Positions 15,801 through 24,224 of a stretch of DNA of 29,941 bases are shown piece by piece. Position 1 is the first letter of the stretch; every line of letters begins with the position of its first letter. The notes under the pieces are model-generated. The model made no database searches and was not told the origin of the DNA. It saw nothing but the letters and a program-made list of their open reading frames with translations. The stretch spans positions 1-29,941 of the IMG/VR virus record IMGVR_UViG_3300030606_000037. One strand, 5' to 3'. The translations under genes and the position numbers were made by a program. Source of the DNA: a virus (lineage: Duplodnaviria > Caudoviricetes).

Positions 15801-17077
15801 CGCAGCGACGTCCAGATGAACGCCTGCAGGTACTTCTCGAGCTCTGTGTCGGTGCCGTTGAATTGCACGAGGTTCTGCCACAGCGTCGTGCGCGTGACGC
15901 GGACGTCCCATTGCCCCGAGCTGCCCGTCTTCCACTTGATGCCGAAGCGCATTGCGTCGCGGCTTCGGCCGCTGACCCGGAAATCCGTGGCGTTCGCGGG
16001 GCTTGCCCGCACAGGGCCGACGTAACTGTCGGGCGCGAGCCCCGGCGTGCCGAAGATCGTGTTTGGACCAATCGTCATTTCGATCCACGTCTGCCCATCG
16101 CCGGCGACGAGCGTACGGACGTGTTGCCATGGGTCGCTCGAGCCCGCGGCACGGAACTCTATTTGGAAGTCGATCGAGACCGTACGCCGCTCACCCTTCG
16201 TGTTGACGTAGATCAGCCCGACCGGGCAGATGAAATCGACCGAGATTTCCTCGATGTCGTCCTCGGTCGTGAAGGTGGCCGTCGACGTCGGGGTGCCGGG
16301 CTTCGCCGGGTCGTCGAGCTCCTGGTTGAGCGATTGCTCAATGATCAGCGGCCAGCCCGGACTGGTCGTCTTCTCGATCTCGACGCCCTGATAGTTCGTG
16401 AGCAGCGTCTCGCCGATCTTCGCATCCGCGACGTCGTGAGAGCCGATGCCGAGCGCGAACAGCCCGTTGAAGTACTGATCGTCGCCGACGATCTCGGTAT
16501 AGGGGAGCGCGGCATAGGACGGATAGACGCGGTGACGACCGTACATCGTCGGCACGACGTCGAAAGGGCGGAACTCGTTGCGCACCCCAGTGACGGCCTG
16601 GAGCTGCCGCGGTGTTTTCTCTGGCTCGAGCGTCGGCGGCGGGATCAGAGCGTTGATCGCAAGCGAGCCTACCGCGTAAATTGCGCCGGACCAGAATGCC
16701 GCGCCGGTCGTGCCGCCTAGAAGCGCCGAGCTGCCGAACACCTTTAAGCCCGCGATCGCCGGGCCACCGAAGGCCGCAGCGGCGATGAGCCCTGCCGTCA
16801 GGATCAGTTGCTTGACGCCATCGTCCTGCGGGACGGGCACCACGGTCACGATGGCGCCGTCGGCCGGCACGAGCTCGTCCCACAGCGCGGACGGCGCCGG
16901 CTGCCCACCGACCGTCACGCAGTACGCGTTCGAGTCGCTACCGATCAGCTCCCGCAGCGTGAGGCCGGCCGGCGCGACACATTCGAATACCTCCTGGCTA
17001 AGCGCGTGGCGGACGGCGACCAGCCGAATGCCGGAAGTAGCGCGCGGTTCTTCCGTCGAGGCGGGTGATGACTGCAT
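12806..17077 (-). CDS. tail tip / host-specificity protein (lambda gpJ-like, with gpI-like N-terminal region)
   Basis: 1423 aa; VP.MYGRHRVYP, TRNPAW, IRGDLVHVEHD, FN3-like GETYEVQLE..TVYGARSGWS; last tail gene. Confidence 0.9.
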   Translation of the reverse strand: MQSSPASTEEPRATSGIRLVAVRHALSQEVFECVAPAGLTLRELIGSDSNAYCVTVGGQPAPSALWDELVPADGAIVTVVPVPQDDGVKQLILTAGLIAAAAFGGPAIAGLKVFGSSALLGGTTGAAFWSGAIYAVGSLAINALIPPPTLEPEKTPRQLQAVTGVRNEFRPFDVVPTMYGRHRVYPSYAALPYTEIVGDDQYFNGLFALGIGSHDVADAKIGETLLTNYQGVEIEKTTSPGWPLIIEQSLNQELDDPAKPGTPTSTATFTTEDDIEEISVDFICPVGLIYVNTKGERRTVSIDFQIEFRAAGSSDPWQHVRTLVAGDGQTWIEMTIGPNTIFGTPGLAPDSYVGPVRASPANATDFRVSGRSRDAMRFGIKWKTGSSGQWDVRVTRTTLWQNLVQFNGTDTELEKYLQAFIWTSLRSHDVDSAAVSTDQGVEFLKLRIKASDTLQGVIDQLNVVATRKLRTWNGSAFTAAAATRNPAWAYLDMLTGPANARPVTDPEDRIWLDELAAWAAACAAADRKFDRVFDQETTVFDALGTCAAAGRAGRSLRDAKHTVIREEQATVPTQLITPRNSSGFSFEHRFVDMPHGLKCRFLSEDEGWQQDEIVVYDDGYDENTATKFETVTFDGKTDPDEVWKFGRYHLAQARLRPALYTWSMDVEHLACIRGDLVHVEHDVVLWNVGRGRITRVWGQNVTLDESFIITSGTSYVLKVRVVRADGDVEVIDYAVTAPAGVAVRTFKASTTLDADIRVGDMAVIGVSGSEDIALKIIRVQPRQGLRAEITAVDAAPEILDADTGDIPDYDPNITAPVRPEDVIPPKPIVIQISSEPNLDVIMPSGERAARMVVAYRLPSFQGTLYDRVQARIRVVQADEEQPWVILPAQGVRGGSTATFDVEPGETYEVQLELLTVYGARSGWSATTQHEVEALTLATPTPDDFTVLPEVGGLTLRLNVTNLDQRAMDRIHVRVGTVNDRDHATTTSYWFPLTNNLENPDRLDWFLPLPGGSKKHYLWARIEDLYGNVGDYFPSSSTAGIEARPKAASVTVFEEHFEGYETEEDFYKHWDVLFGSPTISFPQTGENGGKVMRIEGAATFVHRSLIPYDAEGFTYRFKVQHKRVTADAGREETSIGYLPLKEDGLTSFTSSGGSETTDPASWTAHYRPVILWQADEEYGTDEWRRVFAHLIQRTSTANFTSGFQGQRDLYLPGTAQTKTRYFRPAFEVNDGAGTTSVAVCEVDSLVIDQPFLTPVFAILPDQSFDTDPTYFWRTQGLEGGDPFEFQPTSGEGGGGAAYVHIDGDEGAQLNPNTLLEVTGDTMTVRVRYRIEPGGTVNASSRIRASAAPYRASQAAGRRWIAQSSLDTDQVSGLVSDGSWNTATITLDISGAFVGGDAIAPVITADGIGTNDFDIFISKISVRFS

Positions 17078-17339
17078 TCGTGCCTTTTTTCGAATGGAGG
17101 ATCAGGTTCGGCTCGATGACGACGCCCACGTGCCAGCCGCCGGGCGCTCGCATGAGCGCAAGATCAAACGGTTGCGATTCGGGCACGGGCACCTCAGCGA
17201 ACAGTCGCCGGCAGGAGATCGGCTCAGCCGGCACCTCGACGCCGAGCTCCTGGCTGTAGATGAGCCGCGCCAGGGCCCAGCAGTCGTGATCCTCGTAGGG
17301 CGTACCGACATACTTGGCAGCCCACGTCGATACGCTCAA
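16998..17339 (-). CDS. NlpC/P60-family tail assembly protein (lambda gpK-like)
   Basis: YVGTPY..HDCWAL...HVGVV...ILHS catalytic Cys/His pattern; TTG start. Confidence 0.85.
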   Translation of the reverse strand: MSVSTWAAKYVGTPYEDHDCWALARLIYSQELGVEVPAEPISCRRLFAEVPVPESQPFDLALMRAPGGWHVGVVIEPNLILHSKKGTNAVITRLDGRTARYFRHSAGRRPPRA

Positions 17340-17357
17340 GGCGTTTCTCGCGAAACG

Positions 17358-17843
17358 CTAGCTGGTCCGCTTGTGCAGCGCCGGGAAGTGCACCGGGCTG
17401 AACGACAGGAACGGAAACGCTTCCTGGATGAACTCGCTGAAAATCATGTCGAACACGAGCGTCTGAGCGTCGCCCCGCACCGATAGCACCGTGAACGGAT
17501 GCGGGTTGAACTCGTACGTATCCGGGTCGCTCGCCGTCACGACGGCGATCAGGAACGACGGCCGGCCCTGCAGCCCGCGCACCGCCTGCACGATGGACTG
17601 GTCGACGCTCGATACCGTGAGCGTGCACCGCGGCTCCTTGTTCTCCTCGTCGCTCGGAAGCTCAGCGAAGAACGGGAACGCGTTGAACGTGTCGCCGTTC
17701 GAGACGACATTGACCGCGTTGTTGCAGAGCCGGATCGGCTCGGCCAGGTCCGCGTGATCTATCGTCAGCAGCTCGATGAATACCTCGGACGTCGACTGCG
17801 CGAGCATGGCGCGCATCGCGTCGTGGGAGATCGTGCGTGGCAC
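17358..17843 (-). CDS. minor tail protein (DUF1833-like)
   Basis: EVFIELLTIDH...IRLCNN...FPF.AELP...FSP.HFPAL; position between the distal tail gene and NlpC. Confidence 0.8.
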   Translation of the reverse strand: MPRTISHDAMRAMLAQSTSEVFIELLTIDHADLAEPIRLCNNAVNVVSNGDTFNAFPFFAELPSDEENKEPRCTLTVSSVDQSIVQAVRGLQGRPSFLIAVVTASDPDTYEFNPHPFTVLSVRGDAQTLVFDMIFSEFIQEAFPFLSFSPVHFPALHKRTS

Positions 17844-17847
17844 GCGG

Positions 17848-18198
17848 CTACTCTGTGTACTCGAGCTGCAGCGCCACGCGCCAATAGAGGTCCTCGCGGA
17901 TCATCTGTGGCTGAGCGATGACGAAATATTCACGCGAGACGCCGTCCGGATCGTCGAGCGCGAACGGTATCGTCCCTTCGAACAGCACCTGCCTGAAGAA
18001 GTCGTTGAACGTCAGCCGCTGGGAGTCGGTCATCCGCATCGCGGCCGTGACGCGAACGACAGCGATCGTCGACCGTCGGCGCAGCTTCGGCGGGCCGACG
18101 TCCATGGTCTCGCGGATCACGTTGTCCACCGGCGCGATCGAGTAGCCGTCCTGCAGGAAGCGCTGCGGCAGGTCGGGCGCCCAAGGAATAGCGGACAT
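17848..18198 (-). CDS. minor/distal tail protein (lambda gpM-like position)
   Basis: WAPDLP..LQDGYS...IRETMDVGPPKLRRRST...GTIPF; directly after the tape measure gene. Confidence 0.8.
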   Translation of the reverse strand: MSAIPWAPDLPQRFLQDGYSIAPVDNVIRETMDVGPPKLRRRSTIAVVRVTAAMRMTDSQRLTFNDFFRQVLFEGTIPFALDDPDGVSREYFVIAQPQMIREDLYWRVALQLEYTE

Positions 18199-19974
18199 CT
18201 ACCGCCTCCCGGCCAGCGCAGGCGCGAGGCCGAATCGGCCCCGGAATGTGTCGTCATGGGCACCGCTCGCGAGATTCCGATCGACCATCTGCCCGATCGT
18301 CACGAGCAGCTCGGACATGCCGTTGCTGCGCTCCCGGCGCTCAGTCGTCACCTGCGCGCCCACGTGGTTGTGGACGACGACATTGAGGCCGCCGCGGGCG
18401 CCGCCCATCTTGTCGACGGTCCCGCCGCGGCCGAAGCGCACGAGCTCGGGACCGCGCTCGCCGATCATTAGCGGCTGGCCGGCCGTGAAGCCTCCGCCCG
18501 AGGCTCTGGCGGTGGGCTTGCCGAACATCTTGCCGAGAATCCCTGTGTTGTCGCCGACGGCGCCGCCGAACGCGCCGAACAAGGCGCCGACGAACTGCTC
18601 GGAAAAGAACCGCGCCGCCATGCGCTTGAGCAGCTCGTCCCACTCCTGGTCGATGCCGAGAAACGCGCTCGTGAGGGCATCGGAGAGCCCCGCGGCCAAG
18701 GAATCACGAAACGTGCCGAAGCTCGTATTGACCTTGGCGAGCTCCTCCTCGACGTCAAGCAGGTCGATCGTCGGCGTCATCTTGACCGGCACCTTTGCGA
18801 TGTCCGGCAGCTCGATCTCCTGCAGTCCGGGCTTCGTCGGGTCCAGCAGCTCGAACTTCGGTTTGACCCGCAATTCTATCGGGCCGATGCGGTTCGAGAG
18901 CCGGATCTTCTCGAGCTCGGCGTTGACCTCGGAGACGATGGCGTCGCCCGTCGGCGCAACCGGAACCGCGCCGCCCGCACCGAGCCCTAGCGACTGCTGC
19001 TGCAGATGCCGCAGTTCGATCAGCTTGGCGATCGCTTCGTTCAGTTCCTCGAACTCGAAGTCCTGCAGGAAGCCTTCGCGCGCGAGATCGCGACGAAGGT
19101 CGATGAATTGCTCAAGCTTGCGGATTTCGCTTTCGAACGGGACCGGGGAGGTATTGCCGAGCGCGGCACCGATGCCTCGGGCGGCAGCGGCGCTGAAATC
19201 CGCCAGGGATGAGAGAGCGCCAATGAGCCCGCTGTCCGCGATCGCCACCTTGAGATCGAAGACGGCGGTGCGAAACCGCTCGTAGGCGGCCGCGGCGTCG
19301 TTCGCCGCAGACTCGACCTCTGGCCCGAACGTCGAGCGGAGCTCGCGCGCCATGGCCGGCAGCAGCTCCTCGGCCGTGAGCTTGCCCTGCTTGAGCATCT
19401 CGTCGAGCTTCGCCGTCGTGACGCCGATCGACCGCGCAGCGATCTGAAAGGCTCCCGGGAGCCGCTCGCCCAACTGGCCGCGAAGTTCCTCAGCGGAGAC
19501 CTTTCCCTTGGAGATGATCTGCTCGATGGCTGTCAGCGCACCGCCGGTCTGCTCGGCAGAGAGCCCAAGCACGCGCGAGGCCTCCGACACCGCAACGAAG
19601 ATGTCCCGTGACGCTTGGCCGGCCAGTGTCGTGCCGCGCGCCGCGGCCGTCAGCTTCGTGTACTGCTCGGCCGCCGACTCGAGGTTGAGCCCAAGCCGAT
19701 CGGCCTGCTCGCGGACGAAGGCCAGCTCGGCCGCGCTCTGCGCCGCGGAGCCGGTGGCCGCACGCAGACCGCGCTCGAAGCGCTCCATCTGCACCGATGC
19801 GCGCGCAATCTCGCCGGTGAGACGGACGACCGCCGTCGCCGCGAACGCGCTTACGAAGACACGGGAGACGGTCTCGACACGGCGCTGCATCCGCTGCAGG
19901 TTCGTCTCGACCTGGCGAAAGGCGAGGTCCGTTCGGTTCTCGCCCTCGATCCGAAATCGGACGCGCTCAGCCAT
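18199..19974 (-). CDS. tape measure protein (591 aa)
   Basis: Ala-rich helical protein; QIISKGKVSAEELRGQLGERLPGA tape-measure domain; C-terminal RASGG...IGERGPEL. Confidence 0.93.
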   Translation of the reverse strand: MAERVRFRIEGENRTDLAFRQVETNLQRMQRRVETVSRVFVSAFAATAVVRLTGEIARASVQMERFERGLRAATGSAAQSAAELAFVREQADRLGLNLESAAEQYTKLTAAARGTTLAGQASRDIFVAVSEASRVLGLSAEQTGGALTAIEQIISKGKVSAEELRGQLGERLPGAFQIAARSIGVTTAKLDEMLKQGKLTAEELLPAMARELRSTFGPEVESAANDAAAAYERFRTAVFDLKVAIADSGLIGALSSLADFSAAAARGIGAALGNTSPVPFESEIRKLEQFIDLRRDLAREGFLQDFEFEELNEAIAKLIELRHLQQQSLGLGAGGAVPVAPTGDAIVSEVNAELEKIRLSNRIGPIELRVKPKFELLDPTKPGLQEIELPDIAKVPVKMTPTIDLLDVEEELAKVNTSFGTFRDSLAAGLSDALTSAFLGIDQEWDELLKRMAARFFSEQFVGALFGAFGGAVGDNTGILGKMFGKPTARASGGGFTAGQPLMIGERGPELVRFGRGGTVDKMGGARGGLNVVVHNHVGAQVTTERRERSNGMSELLVTIGQMVDRNLASGAHDDTFRGRFGLAPALAGRR

Positions 19975-20448
19975 GCTTTCTCCGATCGTTCACGATCTGA
20001 ATCCAGGCCAGGTGCAGGCCGAAGACGTCGGCCGCCATGTCGAGCACCGATTCGAACGGCAGCTTGTAGTAGTCGACGACCGCCATGATTTCTTGCAGCA
20101 CGGGGTCGCTCAGGATTTTTTTTCCGATTCCTCGGCGTTCGGCGTCTTGAGGTGCTCCCATATCTCCCGAGCGACGCGCGTGATCAATCCGGGAGGGATG
20201 GCCTCGAGATCGGCCTTGTTGGCGTCCGTGAACAGGCGCTTGCCGTCGGCGGTTTTGGCGAGCACCAGCACCGTCTCGAGGGACCAATCGATGCCGGCCG
20301 GAATCGCATTGATGCGCCGGTAGTCCCGCAACGACATCGTCGTCGACGCATACCAGGTCTCCTCGATTTCCGGCACCGGGATTTCGATGAGATCGGCGAA
20401 CGCCGCCTCGCGAAAGGCTTTCAGCTTGTTGAGCGTGTCTTTGCTCAC
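19967..20448 (-). CDS. tail assembly chaperone, frameshifted gpGT-like product (~160 aa)
   Basis: A AAA AAA slippery site (T8 at 20116-20123 on +); the -1 frame continues ILSDPVLQEIMAVV...RRKHG to the stop at 19967, overlapping the tape measure start. Confidence 0.8.
20110..20448 (-). CDS. tail assembly chaperone gpG-like (112 aa)
   Basis: GTG 20448 overlaps the tail tube stop; ADGKRLF...DLE motif; ends EESEKKS at the slippery site. Confidence 0.85.
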   Translation of the reverse strand: MSKDTLNKLKAFREAAFADLIEIPVPEIEETWYASTTMSLRDYRRINAIPAGIDWSLETVLVLAKTADGKRLFTDANKADLEAIPPGLITRVAREIWEHLKTPNAEESEKKS

Positions 20449-20855
20449 GGAACGACGTCCTCCACGATCTCGCCCGTCGACTTGCCGAACTCGAACGTGC
20501 GCTCGAGCAGCTCGTCGATGCCGCCGGAGTCCGAAACACCGAGCAGCACGCCGTTCGCGATCGTAATCCTCGGCAGGTTCGATTCGTTCCCCTTCGGGTA
20601 CAGCACGATCGAGACAGTCGTCTTGTCCTCGAACGCCGCCATGAGCGCTTCCTGGCCGTTCGCGTCGGTCTCGTCCCATGCAACGGTGAGCGACCCCGTG
20701 CCGTCTGCGAACCCCGCGAGACTTGAGCGGGAGCTCTGCCCGAACACCGTTGCGTCGACCCGGTTCGCCGTCCGGTCCAACGTCCAGCCGCGAATCTGCG
20801 CGACAGCATTGCCGCCGACGTGAATCGCGCCATCGTTGCCTGTTGCAACACCCAT
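20445..20855 (-). CDS. major tail tube protein (136 aa)
   Basis: AGGAGGT RBS; G.DG.I.VG..AVAQIRGWTL...DAT.FG...LAGF.DGTGS; position. Confidence 0.8.
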   Translation of the reverse strand: MGVATGNDGAIHVGGNAVAQIRGWTLDRTANRVDATVFGQSSRSSLAGFADGTGSLTVAWDETDANGQEALMAAFEDKTTVSIVLYPKGNESNLPRITIANGVLLGVSDSGGIDELLERTFEFGKSTGEIVEDVVP

Positions 20856-20867
20856 TGCCTATACCTC

Positions 20868-21314
20868 CTAGTGAGTCGTCGATCCGGGATCGTTGGACGC
20901 GGTCATGTAGCGGAAGGCGTAGGCGAGCCGCACCGACGCGACCTCCTGATCGCCCTCGCCATGCCGTTCGAATTCGGTGCTCGTCAACATGCCTTCGTAG
21001 GCGAGCCCGCCGAGCTTGCGGGTAATCGTCTGCTCGATCCGCTCGGCGATCGCGTCGAGCGTGTCCTCGACGTCCGCGACGGCCGCGGCGAAGGCCTCGA
21101 TGAGCAGATGGACTTCGCGGTCGAGCTTCCCGCCCATGGCGCCGGTCTGCACGGCCTCGCTCTCCGGGTCGTAGTAGACGGCGATCAGGGGAAACAAGGC
21201 TTCCTCCAGCGGGAAGAAGATCGTGCGCTTCACGTTGGCGCCGACGGATTCGATGCTCGCGTCGACGAGGTCCGCAACGATCTTGTCGCGGATTTGCTTG
21301 CGGACGTGGGTCAT
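20868..21314 (-). CDS. tail terminator / completion protein (lambda gpU-like)
   Basis: HVRKQIRD...FPLIAVY...EDTLDAIAERIE; precedes the tail tube gene. Confidence 0.75.
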   Translation of the reverse strand: MTHVRKQIRDKIVADLVDASIESVGANVKRTIFFPLEEALFPLIAVYYDPESEAVQTGAMGGKLDREVHLLIEAFAAAVADVEDTLDAIAERIEQTITRKLGGLAYEGMLTSTEFERHGEGDQEVASVRLAYAFRYMTASNDPGSTTH

Positions 21315-21601
21315 GCTTTCTTGAGCCGCACGGCAATCGTTCCGACACCGTCGTCGTCAAAGGTGCCCATGATCGGCACGAAGGACGCGCCGGCGCGCAC
21401 GATGACGGTATCCTTCGTCAAGTGCTTGAGGTCTGGAGAGCGTCCAGTGATCTGGACCTCTCGCGCGCCGCTCGAGTGCAGGCCGATTGCGGCGTCGACG
21501 AGATCCTGCTGCCAGACGACCCACGTCGACACGCCGTCGACGTCGACCTGTTCGCCGACCGCCTGGATCATCGCCAGGCGGTCGGCGTCAGAGATCAGCA
21601 C
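21311..21601 (-). CDS. head-tail joining / head closure protein (gpFII-like position)
   Basis: Size, position and C-terminal DDDGVG..AVRL pattern. Confidence 0.6.
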   Translation of the reverse strand: MLISDADRLAMIQAVGEQVDVDGVSTWVVWQQDLVDAAIGLHSSGAREVQITGRSPDLKHLTKDTVIVRAGASFVPIMGTFDDDGVGTIAVRLKKA

Positions 21602-21610
21602 GGGAGCCGA

Positions 21611-21994
21611 TCAGGTCGCGTACTTCGGCGTGCCGAGGATCGTATACGTGGTCGGACCGGAGTCCGTCGTCACCGTACCGACGATCTTCAGGAAGCCGGC
21701 GAGCTGCGTCGTGTCGAACACGGCCATCTGCGTCAACGGCTCGTTCTCCTCGTCCGCTGCGTCCAGCGCGCCGCTCACCGGCACAACTGCCGCCTCTCCC
21801 GTGCCCTCGTCGTCCGAGGCCGTGAGGAACGAATACGCGACGGAGCCGCCGGCGCCGATGATGCCGTTGCTCACTATCACGGCGATCTGGCCCTCGTACC
21901 CTGTGACGTCGATATACGCACTCGTTGCCGCGGCCGTGTCGGCCGGATCCGTCGCGAGCGCGCCAATGACGTTCATCGCACCCAAATTGAACAT
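21611..21994 (-). CDS. putative head decoration / virion structural protein (127 aa)
   Basis: AAGGAG RBS; Ala/Thr/Gly-rich beta-type sequence (TSAYIDVTGYEG); follows the capsid gene. Confidence 0.6.
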   Translation of the reverse strand: MFNLGAMNVIGALATDPADTAAATSAYIDVTGYEGQIAVIVSNGIIGAGGSVAYSFLTASDDEGTGEAAVVPVSGALDAADEENEPLTQMAVFDTTQLAGFLKIVGTVTTDSGPTTYTILGTPKYAT

Positions 21995-22030
21995 GGTCTC
22001 TCTCCTTGCAGATGCCGAAAGCTGAAACGA

Positions 22031-22258
22031 TCAGGCCGCGCCGGATTGCTCCTTGCCGCCCTTCTTTCGCCCCATCCGGGGCTCCGGAAGCTCGGTCTTG
22101 TGGACCGGCTTCACGTCCGCCTGGACGAACTCGACCTTGTTGGCGGTGCGAAGCTCCGTCGCGACCCCCTTGTCGAGACCGAGAACGGAGCCAGGTGCGA
22201 ACACCTTGCTCTGATGCCGAAAGCCGCGAAGCACGCGGACCTGCTGCTGAACTGCCAT
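22031..22258 (-). CDS. small basic protein downstream of the capsid gene (75 aa)
   Basis: GAGGG RBS; VRVLRGF...PGSVL...A.EL..ANKV and a Lys-rich tail. Confidence 0.75.
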   Translation of the reverse strand: MAVQQQVRVLRGFRHQSKVFAPGSVLGLDKGVATELRTANKVEFVQADVKPVHKTELPEPRMGRKKGGKEQSGAA

Positions 22259-22295
22259 GGGTGATTCCCTCTACTGGATTGGAGATGGTTCGCGA

Positions 22296-24224
22296 TCAGC
22301 TGATGCTGGTCGTGATCGAGAACGCGGCCGGATAGCGGACGCCGACATCGACCGAGTACATCGCGCGCACGCCGATGATGCCGGCCCCGAAGCTCGCGTA
22401 CGGGTTGGTGTCGACTTCGAGCACTCCCCACTCGCCGATGACGAGCTTCGACCAGTCGCCGAAGTACATCGTCGATGCGGCCACCTGGTTCGATGACATT
22501 GCAGGGAAACCCTGCATCGTGCCGCCCCAGATGTTGCCGACCCACAGCGGCGAGGCCGTGTTGGCGTACGCAACCTCGGCAATGAGCAACGCCGCAACGG
22601 CCGGCGTCGTGACGTAGCCGCCGCGCATCGGCATCACGTTCGCCGTCGCAACGTCCGTCTGCGACTCCAACACGCCGGCCAGGCCGAGCGAGGCTCCCGA
22701 AACGGCACCGACGCCGGTCACGTTGTCGAGACCGAGCGGCTGACCGCTCGCGCCCGTGCCGCGCAACGCGGCGACGTCCACGGCGAGTGCCACGACCGCA
22801 GCCAGGTCGGCATTGACCAGCCCCTCGACGTCGAGCGACGCCTGCAGGAGCAGCTTCCGCGACAGCTCCGTGTACGCCGAGACCGTCTTCGGCGACATGG
22901 CGAGCTGCACGAATGCCGGCTGGCTTTCGGTCGCCGAGTCCGTTTCGCTCGTGAGCCACTCCGCCGTGGCGGCTGCGCTCTGCCGCGGGATCGTGATGTT
23001 GTCGCGCAGCCCGGAAAGTCGCGTCGCGCCCATGCGGAAAGCGACCGAGATGTTGCGCAGGAGCTCGTCGAAGCCCATGTTGCTCGTTTGCACGAGGAAC
23101 CCGCCGGAGCCCGGCACCGCAACTTGCAGGTCCCGCTGGAGGTGCGGGAAGCGCTGCGCGAGCGCCTGAAGGTCGGTCGGCAGCTGCCGACGCTGGACCT
23201 CGAGCGGAACGTAGAAGCAGCCCGGAGACTGCGCCTTGTCTGTGCGCTTGGCGATCGTCTCGTGGCACTCGAGCTCGTAGCCGGCCTTGCGCCAGTCGTT
23301 CGTGTGGGCCGCCAGGATGGCACGGCTCAGGCTGTACTGCCGCGCCTCGCCGTCGCTGATGCCAAGCGCCGAGATCGAAGCCGGCGAAGACTTACCGCGC
23401 TCCTCGAAGATCTTGAGCAGATCGTCGGCAACGCGGTCGAGCGAGAAGCCGCGGGCGATCCACGCCTTCGCGGTGTCCTCACCGACGCCGTTGATGCGCG
23501 CGAGGTCGAGAATCGCCTTTTTGCGCTTGGCCTCGCTCTCGACAGCGAAGTTCTCGTCCGCTTGCTGCTTGGCGCGCTCGATTTTGGCACTCGCCTCTGC
23601 CGCAGCAGCTTCTTCGGCGGCGGTCCCAGTGGTCACTTCTTCGTCCATCTCTCTACTCCTCTGTGATTCGCGGAACCGTTCCGCTGACTCTGAATTTCTG
23701 CCGATGCCGACCGACTGATCGGCACCCGCGCCGACGACCGACCCTTCGATCGGGCGCCACTTCGTCCACTCGACGCGGGCGACCTTGCCGTCCTCTTCGA
23801 TCCGGCGGATCTCGATCGGCGACGCGCTGATCGACATATCGGTCAACGTGCCCTCGTCGACCATGCCGCGGACGAGGGTGGCCTCCTCGTTGACGCTCGA
23901 AAAGCGCAGCTCGCCGACGAGCCGCTTGCGCTCGATCTTCACGTTGACGATGCGGCCGATGATGCTTTTGAGGTCGTACGATCGATGCGCCGCGACCAGC
24001 GGCAGGCCGCGCTCCGCGGCGCCGCTCAAGTCAATGTTGCCGGCGCCATGCAGCAGCACGTTCGGTGGCCCCCAGTACCAGTCTTTGACCGGCGTCTCGC
24101 TCGACAGCGACACGCGGTACGTGACCTTCTTCTCGTCCTTGTCGTCGAGCAGTCGCTCGATGCGGAACAAGCGGGTGACGACGCTTTCGTCGTGTTCCGG
24201 GGGCTTATCGCGTTGGATGATCAT
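22296..24224 (-). CDS. prohead protease-scaffold-major capsid protein fusion (HK97 fold), 642 aa
   Basis: Protease motifs SSETPV, PLVAAH, IGRI, DMSIS, WRPIEGSVV..GADQSVGIGR; capsid motifs GGFLV, ITIPRQ, SPKTVSA.TELSRKLLLQ, GTG.SGQPLG, FGDWS, DVGVRYPAAF. Confidence 0.93.
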   Translation of the reverse strand: MIIQRDKPPEHDESVVTRLFRIERLLDDKDEKKVTYRVSLSSETPVKDWYWGPPNVLLHGAGNIDLSGAAERGLPLVAAHRSYDLKSIIGRIVNVKIERKRLVGELRFSSVNEEATLVRGMVDEGTLTDMSISASPIEIRRIEEDGKVARVEWTKWRPIEGSVVGAGADQSVGIGRNSESAERFRESQRSREMDEEVTTGTAAEEAAAAEASAKIERAKQQADENFAVESEAKRKKAILDLARINGVGEDTAKAWIARGFSLDRVADDLLKIFEERGKSSPASISALGISDGEARQYSLSRAILAAHTNDWRKAGYELECHETIAKRTDKAQSPGCFYVPLEVQRRQLPTDLQALAQRFPHLQRDLQVAVPGSGGFLVQTSNMGFDELLRNISVAFRMGATRLSGLRDNITIPRQSAAATAEWLTSETDSATESQPAFVQLAMSPKTVSAYTELSRKLLLQASLDVEGLVNADLAAVVALAVDVAALRGTGASGQPLGLDNVTGVGAVSGASLGLAGVLESQTDVATANVMPMRGGYVTTPAVAALLIAEVAYANTASPLWVGNIWGGTMQGFPAMSSNQVAASTMYFGDWSKLVIGEWGVLEVDTNPYASFGAGIIGVRAMYSVDVGVRYPAAFSITTSIS

